Notes under the pieces: generated by a model
Told to the model about the DNA's origin: nothing
The model's input: only the letters and a program-made list of their open reading frames with translations
Database searches by the model: none
Source of the DNA: Actinomycetota bacterium
GTDB lineage: Bacteria; Actinomycetota; Thermoleophilia; Gaiellales; Gaiellaceae
NCBI GenBank assembly: GCA_947507735.1
Contig: CANNRA010000001.1
Location: 1-38,656 of the forward strand
DNA length: 38,656 nt
Reading direction: 5' to 3'
Position numbers and translations under genes: made by a program
Shown here: one piece after another, positions 15,904 to 22,730 of the stretch
Position numbering within the stretch: the stretch's first letter is position 1
Layout of the letters: each line of letters opens with the position of its first letter

Positions 15904-16875
15904 CTAGTAGTCGAGCAGGTCGCGGAGGGCGCGCGTCAGCGAGTCGAGCGACGGCAGGTAGCCGTCCTCGAGCTCGGGCGCGAAGGGGACAGGGGTGTCG
16001 ATCGGCGCGTGTAGCGCGGGCGGCGCGTCGAGCAGCTCGAAGCCCTCGCGCGCGACGCGCGACAGCACGAGGTTGCCGGCGCCGGTCGAGCGGGCCGCCT
16101 CCTGCAGCACGAGCAGCCGCGATGTCTTGCCGAGCGACTCCAGCACCGGCTCCAGGTCGAGCGGCCAGATCGTGCGCAGGTCGATGACCTCGACCGACGC
16201 AGCGCCCTCGATGGCGGTAGCGGTGCGCAGCGCGAGGTCGACGCCGCTGCCGTAGGTCACGACGGTCACATCGCTGCCGGCGCGGCGGACGATGGACTTG
16301 CCGATCGGCGTGCGGGTGCCGGTGGCCGGCGCCTCGCCCTTGAGCCGGCGGTAGAGGCCCTTGTGCTCGAAGAAGAGCACCGGGTCGTCGTCGTCGATGG
16401 CCGAGCGCAGCAGGCCGTAGGCATCCTCGACGGTCGCGGGCGCGACGACCTTGAGGCCCGCGACTCCGACGAACCAGCCCTCCGGCGAGGAGGCGTGGAA
16501 GGGGCCGCCGCGGACGCCGCCGCCGTAGGGGGCACGCAGCACCATCGGCAGCTTGATCCCGGAGCGCCAGTGCGTCTTGGCGCCGACGGTGACGATCGCG
16601 TCGAAGCAGCAGGCGATGAAGTCGGCGAACTGCAGCTCGGCGATCGGCCGCTCGCCCATCCAGGCTGCGCCCATGCAGGCGCCGACGAAACCTTCCTCGG
16701 CGATCGGCGTGTCGATGATCCGCTCGGGCCCGAACTCGTCGATCAGGCCCTTGGTGACGCCGAACGGCCCGCCGAAGTGGCCGATGTCCTCGCCGATCAT
16801 GAACACGCTCCGGTCGTCGCGCATCGCGTCGCGCAGGGCGGACGTGATGGCTTCGAGGTACGTGATCTCGGGCAT
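15904..16875 (-). CDS. TPP-dependent 2-oxoacid dehydrogenase E1 component, beta subunit
   Basis: MPEITYLEAI...GEDIGHFGGPFGVTKGL...RIIDTPIAEEGFVG...FADF typical E1-beta N-terminus. The 729-aa ORF in the track is a run-on artefact. ATG 16875 gives 323 aa. Confidence 0.9.
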   Translation of the reverse strand: MPEITYLEAITSALRDAMRDDRSVFMIGEDIGHFGGPFGVTKGLIDEFGPERIIDTPIAEEGFVGACMGAAWMGERPIAELQFADFIACCFDAIVTVGAKTHWRSGIKLPMVLRAPYGGGVRGGPFHASSPEGWFVGVAGLKVVAPATVEDAYGLLRSAIDDDDPVLFFEHKGLYRRLKGEAPATGTRTPIGKSIVRRAGSDVTVVTYGSGVDLALRTATAIEGAASVEVIDLRTIWPLDLEPVLESLGKTSRLLVLQEAARSTGAGNLVLSRVAREGFELLDAPPALHAPIDTPVPFAPELEDGYLPSLDSLTRALRDLLDY

Positions 16876-16882
16876 GGGCAGG

Positions 16883-16888
16883 AGCCTA
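16883..16888 (-). promoter_or_regulatory. -10-like hexamer TAGGCT, 7 nt upstream of ATG 16875 (leaderless-type)
   Basis: Minus strand reads TAGGCT-CCTGCCC-ATG. Confidence 0.35.
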
Positions 16889-17016
16889 CTCCAGCGGGCC
16901 GTCGGCGCTCGGCACTTCCGCTCGGAGGCGGCTCCCAGCCGAGTGGCCGCTGCTGCACGCCCGACGGCGCCTTGGCGGGCAATCCGCAGCGCGTCCTCGT
17001 GCTCCCCGGCGCTGCG

Positions 17017-17022
17017 TAAGAT
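17017..17022 (+). promoter_or_regulatory. -10-like hexamer TAAGAT, 6 nt upstream of ATG 17029 (leaderless-type)
   Basis: TAAGAT-cgcgcc-ATG. No SD. Confidence 0.4.
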
Positions 17023-17028
17023 CGCGCC

Positions 17029-18519
17029 ATGGCCGCCATCGTGACACCCCCGAACCTTCAGCTGCGCGAGCCGCGGCTTCTCGTCACCAAGGCGCTGATC
17101 GCCGGCGTGTGGGTCGCTGCCGACTCCGGCGCGACCTTCCCGGTCACCGATCCGGCCACGGGGCTCGTCCTGGCCGCTGTCCCGCGCTGCGGCGCCGCCG
17201 AGACCCGTCGCGCGATCGAGGCCGCGCAGGTTGCCTTCTACGAGTGGCGTCGCCGCCCGGCCAGGGAGCGTGCAGCGATCCTGCGTCGCTGGGCCGAGCT
17301 GATGCTCGCCCACCAGGCCGATCTCGCACAGATCCTCACCGCCGAGCAGGGGAAGCCGCTCTACGAGTCGATGGGCGAGGTCGCCTACGCCGCGTCGTTC
17401 CTGGAGTGGTTCGGTGAGGAGGCGAAGCGTGTCTATGGCGACACGATCCCCTCGCCGTCCAACGACAAGCGGATCCTTGTCACGAAGGAGCCGATCGGCG
17501 TCTGTGGCGGCATCACGCCCTGGAACTTTCCCTCGGCCATGATCACCCGCAAGGCGGCGCCGGCCATCGCCGCCGGCTGCACGATGGTGCTCAAGCCGGC
17601 CGAGCACACGCCGCTCTCCGCCCTCGCCGTGGCGCTGCTCGGCATCGAGGCCGGCCTGCCGCCCGCGGTGCTGTCGATCGTCACCGGCGACGCGTCGGAC
17701 GCCCCGTTGATCGGTGGCGAGCTGACGTCGAACCCGATCGTCCGCAAGATCGGCTTCACCGGCTCCACCGAGGTGGGGAAGCTGCTGATGCGTCAGAGCG
17801 CCGAGACCGTGAAGAAGGTCTCGCTCGAGCTCGGCGGCAATGCCGCCTTCCTGGTGTTCGATGACGCCGACCTCGATGCCGCGATCGAGGGTGCGATCAT
17901 CTGCAAGTTCCGCAACGGCGGCCAGACCTGCGTCTGCGCGAATCGCATCCTCGTGCAGGACGGCGTCTATGACGCGTTCCGCGACAAGCTGGTCGCCGCC
18001 ACCGAGCAGCTCGTCGTCGGGCCTGGCTGGCTGGAGGGCTCGCAGGTCGGCCCGATGATCGAGCCGGCTGCGATCGACAAGATCGAGCGTCACATCGCCG
18101 ATGCGCTGGAGCGGGGCGGCACCCTGCTGACCGGCGGAGCGCGCAGCCCGCTCGGCGGCACCTTCTTCACGCCGACCGTGATCGACGGCGTGCAGCCGGG
18201 CGCCGCGATGACCCGCGAGGAGACGTTCGGCCCGGTCGCCGGGCTGACGCGCTTCAGCAGCGAGGAGGAGGGCATCCGCCTCGCCAACGACACGCCGTAC
18301 GGTCTGGCCGCCTACTTCTACAGCCGCGACATCGGCCGCGTCACGCGCGTCTCCGAGCAGCTGGAGGTCGGCATCGTCGGCGTCAACACCGGTCTCATCT
18401 CGACCGAGGTCGCGCCGTTCGGCGGCGTCAAGGAATCGGGCATCGGCCGCGAGGGCTCAAAGTACGGGCTCGACGAGTGGCTCGAGGTCAAATACGTCTG
18501 CATCGGAGGAATCGAGTGA
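17029..18519 (+). CDS. gabD: NAD(P)-dependent succinate-semialdehyde dehydrogenase
   Basis: [45 protein letters not shown] and a GabD-like N-terminal region (LIAGVWV...FPVTDPATG). Confidence 0.88.
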   Translation: MAAIVTPPNLQLREPRLLVTKALIAGVWVAADSGATFPVTDPATGLVLAAVPRCGAAETRRAIEAAQVAFYEWRRRPARERAAILRRWAELMLAHQADLAQILTAEQGKPLYESMGEVAYAASFLEWFGEEAKRVYGDTIPSPSNDKRILVTKEPIGVCGGITPWNFPSAMITRKAAPAIAAGCTMVLKPAEHTPLSALAVALLGIEAGLPPAVLSIVTGDASDAPLIGGELTSNPIVRKIGFTGSTEVGKLLMRQSAETVKKVSLELGGNAAFLVFDDADLDAAIEGAIICKFRNGGQTCVCANRILVQDGVYDAFRDKLVAATEQLVVGPGWLEGSQVGPMIEPAAIDKIERHIADALERGGTLLTGGARSPLGGTFFTPTVIDGVQPGAAMTREETFGPVAGLTRFSSEEEGIRLANDTPYGLAAYFYSRDIGRVTRVSEQLEVGIVGVNTGLISTEVAPFGGVKESGIGREGSKYGLDEWLEVKYVCIGGIE

Positions 18520-18830
18520 TCGTCGAGGAGCGGACGTACCACGTCTACACGGGCAAGCTGCCCGAGCTTGTCAAGCTGTACGCCACGGAGGGCATCGAGG
18601 TGCAGAAGGAGATTCTCGGCGGCATGCTCGGGGCGTACACGACCGACATCGGCGAGCTGTCCTGCTACGTCTCGATGTGGCAGTACGACGACTTTGCGCA
18701 GCGCGAGCAGCGCCGCGCCGTGCTCTCGGCCGATCCGCGCTGGCAGGCCTTCCTGGTCAAGATCACGCCGCTGATCCACACCCAGCGCAACCGCATCCTC
18801 CTCCCGACGTCGTTCTCTCCGGTCGGGTAG
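18516..18830 (+). CDS. NIPSNAP family protein
   Basis: [17 protein letters not shown]...[14 protein letters not shown]...W matches the NIPSNAP pattern. GTG start overlaps the gabD stop (GTGA). Confidence 0.75.
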   Translation: MIVEERTYHVYTGKLPELVKLYATEGIEVQKEILGGMLGAYTTDIGELSCYVSMWQYDDFAQREQRRAVLSADPRWQAFLVKITPLIHTQRNRILLPTSFSPVG

Positions 18831-18906
18831 GGAGGGCGCGCGTGTCACTGCTTCGGCAGCCGAAGCGCCAGCGCACTTGCGTCTACTTCGACAAGGTGAT
18901 AGCACA

Positions 18907-20610
18907 GTGAGTAGAACAACTGATAGCACTGAGGCTGCGGCTGCGCCACGCGAGCGCACCGGCGGCGAGATCCTCGTCGACCAGCTCCGCATCCACGGCG
19001 CCGACACGATCTTTGGCGTGCCGGGCGAGAGCTTCCTGGCTGCGCTCGACGCGCTACACGATCGGCCCATTCATTTCGTCATCTGCCGCATGGAGGCGGG
19101 CGCTGCCAACGCTGCAGAGGCGTACGGGAAGCTCACCGGGCAGCCCGGCATCTGCTTCGTGACGCGCGCCCCGGGCGCCACGCATGCGTCGGCCGGCGTC
19201 CACATCGCCATGCAGGACTCGACGCCGATGCTGCTGCTGATCGGCCAGATCGCACGTGCCGATCGCGGCCGCGAGGCGTTCCAGGAGGTCGACTACGTCG
19301 CGATGTTCGGGACGCTCGCCAAGTGGGTCGTCGAGGTGGACGATGCGGCGCGCCTGCCCGAGGTGATGGCACGCGCCTTCCGGGTTGCGACATCGGGCCG
19401 GCCCGGGCCCGTGGTGGTGTCGCTGCCGGAGGACATGCTGGCCGAGGCCGCCACGGTCGCCGACGCGGAGCCGTACGTGGCCGCGCGCCCGGCGCCCCGC
19501 CTCGCGCAGGTTGCTGCAGCGCTCGAGCTGCTCGGCCAGGCCGAGCGCCCGCTGATGGTTGTCGGCGGCAGCGACTGGTCGAGCCAGGCGGGGGCCGACG
19601 CGATCGCCTTCGCTGAGGCGAACGGCATCCCGATCGTCAACTCCTTCCGCCGCCAGTCGCACCTCGACTGGCGCTCGCCGTCCTACGTCGGGACGATCGG
19701 CATCGGCATGACGCCGGAGATCGCGCAGCGCACCCTCGACGCCGACGTGATCCTCTGCGTTGGTGCGCGTCTCGGCGACGCCACCACCGCCGGCTACACC
19801 CTGCTCAGCTCGCCCACGCCGAAGCAGGCCCTGATTCACGTCTTCCCCGCGGCCGAGGAGCTCGGGCGCGTCTTCCAGCCCGTGCTCGGCATCGTCGCGT
19901 CTTCCGGGGAGTTCCTCGGCGCGGCGCGCGCTCTGCCGGCGCTGGACGGGTCGCGCTGGCAGGCGTGGACGCAGGCGGCTCGCAGCGAGTACGTCGCGTC
20001 GCTCGTCCCCCCGGATCGCCCGTTCGCGCTCGATCTCGGCAAGGTCGTCACGGCGATGCGCGAGCGGCTGCCGGCCGACACGATCCTCGCCAACGGCGCC
20101 GGCAACTACTCGGTGTGGTGGCACCGCTACTGGCCGTTCGAGCACTACCTCTCGCAGCTCGCCCCGACCAGCGGCTCGATGGGCTACGGCTTCCCGGCCG
20201 CGATCGCGGCGAAGCTCATCCACCCCGAGCGCGTCGTGATCTGTCTCGCCGGCGACGGCGACTTCCTGATGACCGGGCAGGAGCTCGCGACCGCGGCGGG
20301 CGAGCAGCTCGCCATCATCACGATCGTCGTCAACAACGGCATGTACGGGACGATCCGCATGCACCAGGAGCGCACCTACCCCGGCCGGACGATCGGCACG
20401 CGCCTGCACAACCCGGACTTCGCCGCGTTCGCGCGCAGCTTCGGTGGCCACGGCGAGATCGTCGAGCAGGACAGCGAGTTCGCCGCCGCGCTCGACCGCT
20501 GCCTCGCCTTCGCCGGCCCGTCCCTGATCGAGTTGCGCGTCGACCCCGAGGCGATCACCCCGCTGCAGACCATCACCCAGCTCCGCGCTGAGGCCCGGGC
20601 GGGCGCCTGA
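18907..20610 (+). CDS. thiamine-pyrophosphate-binding enzyme, acetolactate-synthase-large-subunit-like
   Basis: N-terminal GGEILVDQLRIHGADTIFGVPGESFL and the TPP motif GDGDFLMTGQELATA...VVNNGMYGT. Start uncertain: GTG 18907 is preceded by AAGGTGA, and the ORF-track start is 18877. Confidence 0.85.
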   Translation: MSRTTDSTEAAAAPRERTGGEILVDQLRIHGADTIFGVPGESFLAALDALHDRPIHFVICRMEAGAANAAEAYGKLTGQPGICFVTRAPGATHASAGVHIAMQDSTPMLLLIGQIARADRGREAFQEVDYVAMFGTLAKWVVEVDDAARLPEVMARAFRVATSGRPGPVVVSLPEDMLAEAATVADAEPYVAARPAPRLAQVAAALELLGQAERPLMVVGGSDWSSQAGADAIAFAEANGIPIVNSFRRQSHLDWRSPSYVGTIGIGMTPEIAQRTLDADVILCVGARLGDATTAGYTLLSSPTPKQALIHVFPAAEELGRVFQPVLGIVASSGEFLGAARALPALDGSRWQAWTQAARSEYVASLVPPDRPFALDLGKVVTAMRERLPADTILANGAGNYSVWWHRYWPFEHYLSQLAPTSGSMGYGFPAAIAAKLIHPERVVICLAGDGDFLMTGQELATAAGEQLAIITIVVNNGMYGTIRMHQERTYPGRTIGTRLHNPDFAAFARSFGGHGEIVEQDSEFAAALDRCLAFAGPSLIELRVDPEAITPLQTITQLRAEARAGA

Positions 20611-20663
20611 GGCGCCCGCCCGCAGCTGCACCGCACCGCTCCGACGAGAAGAGGAGACACCCG

Positions 20664-21104
20664 ATGCCCCGCTCCTATGCCAGCACCGTCGTCGATGCTC
20701 CGGCCGACACGGTCTGGAACCACATTCGCGACTTCAACGGCCTGCCCCAGTGGCACCCGGGCCTCGTCGTCAAGAGCCACATCGAGGGCGGCAAGAGCGG
20801 TGACCAGGTCGGCGGCATCCGCAACTTCGAGCTGGCCGATGGCACCGGCATCCGCGAGGTGCTGACCGCGCACTCCGACACGGAGCGCTCGTATACCTAC
20901 GCCTTCTGCGAGCCGCCGTTCCCCGTCGTCAACTACCTGGCCACGATCCGCGTCGTGCCGGTCACCGACGGCGATCGCTCGTTTGTCGAGTGGTGGACGA
21001 CCTTCGACTGCGAGCTCGCCGAGCTCGAGCACTGGACCGACTTCTTCGCGTCGCAGGTGTTCAAGGGCGGTCTCGACGTCGTCCGCGACCACTTCGCGCA
21101 GTGA
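20664..21104 (+). CDS. SRPBCC (Bet v1/START-like, polyketide-cyclase-like) family protein
   Basis: 146 aa with a VDAPADTVWNHIRDFNGLPQWHPG pattern. SD GAGGAGA upstream. Confidence 0.8.
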   Translation: MPRSYASTVVDAPADTVWNHIRDFNGLPQWHPGLVVKSHIEGGKSGDQVGGIRNFELADGTGIREVLTAHSDTERSYTYAFCEPPFPVVNYLATIRVVPVTDGDRSFVEWWTTFDCELAELEHWTDFFASQVFKGGLDVVRDHFAQ

Positions 21105-21153
21105 GCGGCCCACGGGGCCACGAGCCAAGCCCGAAAACGGCTTAAAAACTCGA

Positions 21154-21226
21154 CAGGGGCGGAGGGACTCGAACCCCCAACTTCCGGTTTTGGAGACCGG
21201 CGCTCTACCAATTGAACTACGCCCCT
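21154..21226 (-). tRNA. tRNA-Trp: tRNA-Trp (anticodon CCA), CCA end not encoded
   Basis: Minus strand reads AGGGGCG-TA-GTTC-AATTGGTA-GAGC-G-CCGGT-CTCCAAA-ACCGG-AAGTT-GGGGG-TTCGAGT-CCCTC-CGCCCCT-G. This is a complete 73-nt cloverleaf. Confidence 0.95.
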
Positions 21227-21369
21227 AAGATGGCTTGTATAAGCGCTTTCTGCTCCGCGCTACTCGCCAAAACTACGTTGTGGCTACCCGAATGCTACCG
21301 CGCTGCTACCGGAACCCTCTCGCTGCTACCGCAATGCTTGATTCGGTAGCACTACGTTCAGGTCTGAGA
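21227..21369. repeat. 143-bp lower-GC spacer made of phased GCTACC/GGTAGC hexamers and ACTACGTT repeats (degenerate tRNA-Trp D-arm/5'-end-like fragments)
   Basis: GCTACC at 21283, 21294, 21305 and 21325, and inverted GGTAGC at 21345 (spacing 11, 11, 20, 20). CGCTGCTACCG occurs twice (21301, 21321). ACTACGTT occurs twice (21272, 21351). Imperfect inverted repeat GCTACCCGAAT / ATTCGGTAGC. Confidence 0.7.
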
Positions 21370-21408
21370 TTTTGGAGACCGGCGCTCTACCAATTGAACT
21401 ACGCCCCT
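21370..21408 (-). pseudogene. tRNA-Trp 5'-half fragment (perfect 39-nt copy of 21188-21226: acceptor 5' strand through the anticodon)
   Basis: TTTTGGAGACCGGCGCTCTACCAATTGAACTACGCCCCT is identical at both sites. No matching T-arm or 3' acceptor strand follows it. Confidence 0.85.
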
Positions 21409-21457
21409 TTGTTGCGTCTACGATTCTACTCACCTCGTACCGCCGACCACCGAAGAG

Positions 21458-21598
21458 ATGCGCAACGACGACGATGATCCTGAGCTCGAGGACGACGACG
21501 GCCTCACCGACGATGACGACGACCTGCTCGGTGACGGGTCGTTGGACGGCGGCGGCGTGCCCGACGACGACCTCGCTGATGACGCAGACTGGGCCTAG
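21458..21598 (+). CDS. possible 46-aa extremely acidic small protein (MRNDDDDPELEDDDGLTDDDDDLLGDGSLDGGGVPDDDLADDADWA)
   Basis: My own translation; it is below the ORF-track size cut-off. GC3-rich codons, weak GAAGAG upstream. It ends 9 nt before the next ORF. Confidence 0.35.
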   Translation: MRNDDDDPELEDDDGLTDDDDDLLGDGSLDGGGVPDDDLADDADWA

Positions 21599-21607
21599 GA
21601 CTCCCGC

Positions 21608-21817
21608 GTGAGCGGTGTCCCGCCGCCCGCTGGGCGCCCGCGGCGCCGTCGCGGCGTGGCGATGCCGCTGCTGTTTCTGGTGCTGACGTCCAGCTTCGTC
21701 GCGATCGCGGTGTTTGCGCTGCTCGCTCACCAGTGGGTTTTCGTCGGCGTCGGGGCCGCGCTGGCCTCGTGGATGGCGACATTCGTTGTCCACGCGTTGC
21801 GCCCGCGGCGAGGATGA
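21608..21817 (+). CDS. small two-TM membrane protein, hypothetical
   Basis: Arg-rich N-terminus followed by two hydrophobic helices. GTG start, or ATG 21662. It ends 28 nt before the sigma-factor start. Confidence 0.5.
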   Translation: MSGVPPPAGRPRRRRGVAMPLLFLVLTSSFVAIAVFALLAHQWVFVGVGAALASWMATFVVHALRPRRG

Positions 21818-21832
21818 TCGCCCTCCGCGTCG

Positions 21833-21838
21833 TATTGT
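21833..21838 (+). promoter_or_regulatory. -10-like hexamer TATTGT, 7 nt upstream of GTG 21846 (leaderless-type)
   Basis: TATTGT-cccgggt-GTG. Confidence 0.35.
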
Positions 21839-21845
21839 CCCGGGT

Positions 21846-22622
21846 GTGAGCAGTGACGAGATCCAGACCCTCTGGACGGACTTCCGGCAAACAGGCGATC
21901 AGAACGCCCGTGACCGCCTGATCCTCAACTACTCGCCGCTGGTCAAGTACGTCGCCGGACGGCTTGGCGCGGGCCTGCCGGCGCATGTCGAGGAGAGCGA
22001 TCTCGTCTCGTACGGGTTGATCGGGCTGATCGGCGCGATCGAGCGTTTCGACCCCACGCGCGAGATCAAGTTCGAGACGTTCGCCATCTCGCGCATCCGT
22101 GGCGCGATCATCGACGAGCTGCGCGCCCTTGACTGGGTGCCGCGCTCCGTGCGCTCCCGCGCCCGCGAGATCGAGCGGGCGATCGGCCAGCTGGAGGCGC
22201 AGCTGCACCGCGCCCCGACCGACGAGGAGATCGCCAAGAAGCTCGACATCACGTTCGACGAGCTGGAGGAAAGCCTCGACGAGATCTCCCGCTCGTCGAT
22301 CGTTGCGCTGGACGAGCTGTGGACGGTCACCAGCACCGGGGACCAGATCTCGCTGATCGACACGCTCGAGGATCCCGATTCGATCGACCCGCAGCGCAAT
22401 CTGACGGACATCGAGCTGCGCCAGGCGATCGCCGAGGCGATCAGCAGCCTGCCGGAGCGCGAGAAGATCGTCGTGACGCTCTACTACTACGAGGAGCTGA
22501 CGCTGCGCGAGATCGGCGACGTCCTCGGCGTCACCGAGTCGCGGGTGTCGCAGCTGCACACCAAGGCGATGCTGCGCCTGCGCGGCCACCTTGCCGGTGG
22601 CGCTTCCAGCTCGCGCGCCTGA
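21846..22622 (+). CDS. fliA: FliA/WhiG-family (sigma-28-type) RNA polymerase sigma factor
   Basis: Region 2 (DLVSYGLIGLIGAIERFDP...FETFAISRIRGAIIDELR), region 3, and region 4 HTH (LTLREIGDVLGVTESRVSQLHTKA). The ORF-track N-terminal extension from 21714 is Arg/Ser-rich and overlaps the membrane ORF. Confidence 0.9.
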   Translation: MSSDEIQTLWTDFRQTGDQNARDRLILNYSPLVKYVAGRLGAGLPAHVEESDLVSYGLIGLIGAIERFDPTREIKFETFAISRIRGAIIDELRALDWVPRSVRSRAREIERAIGQLEAQLHRAPTDEEIAKKLDITFDELEESLDEISRSSIVALDELWTVTSTGDQISLIDTLEDPDSIDPQRNLTDIELRQAIAEAISSLPEREKIVVTLYYYEELTLREIGDVLGVTESRVSQLHTKAMLRLRGHLAGGASSSRA

Positions 22623-22730
22623 CCGCGCGCCCCCGCGCACCCACCTCGCACGGCCCCTGGTCGGCGTGTCGGATCGGGTGTAGGGTCGGCGGCAGAAGCC
22701 GCACCGACGATCGCAGGAGGAGAGAGGCGC

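Noticed and set aside
15904-18093. 729-aa minus-strand ORF suggesting a giant E1-beta fusion protein
   Set aside because: Only the C-terminal 323 aa (from ATG 16875) are E1-beta-like. The upstream 400 aa are shadow sequence antisense to gabD.
19054-20631. 525-aa minus-strand ORF antisense to the ALS-like TPP enzyme
   Set aside because: Shadow ORF. The plus strand carries the TPP-binding GDG...NN motif and a canonical N-terminal Pyr domain.
21235-21477. 80-aa plus-strand ORF across the tRNA-Trp fragment and spacer
   Set aside because: It translates tRNA-derived and repeat DNA. It has no SD, poor GC3 bias and no recognisable fold pattern.
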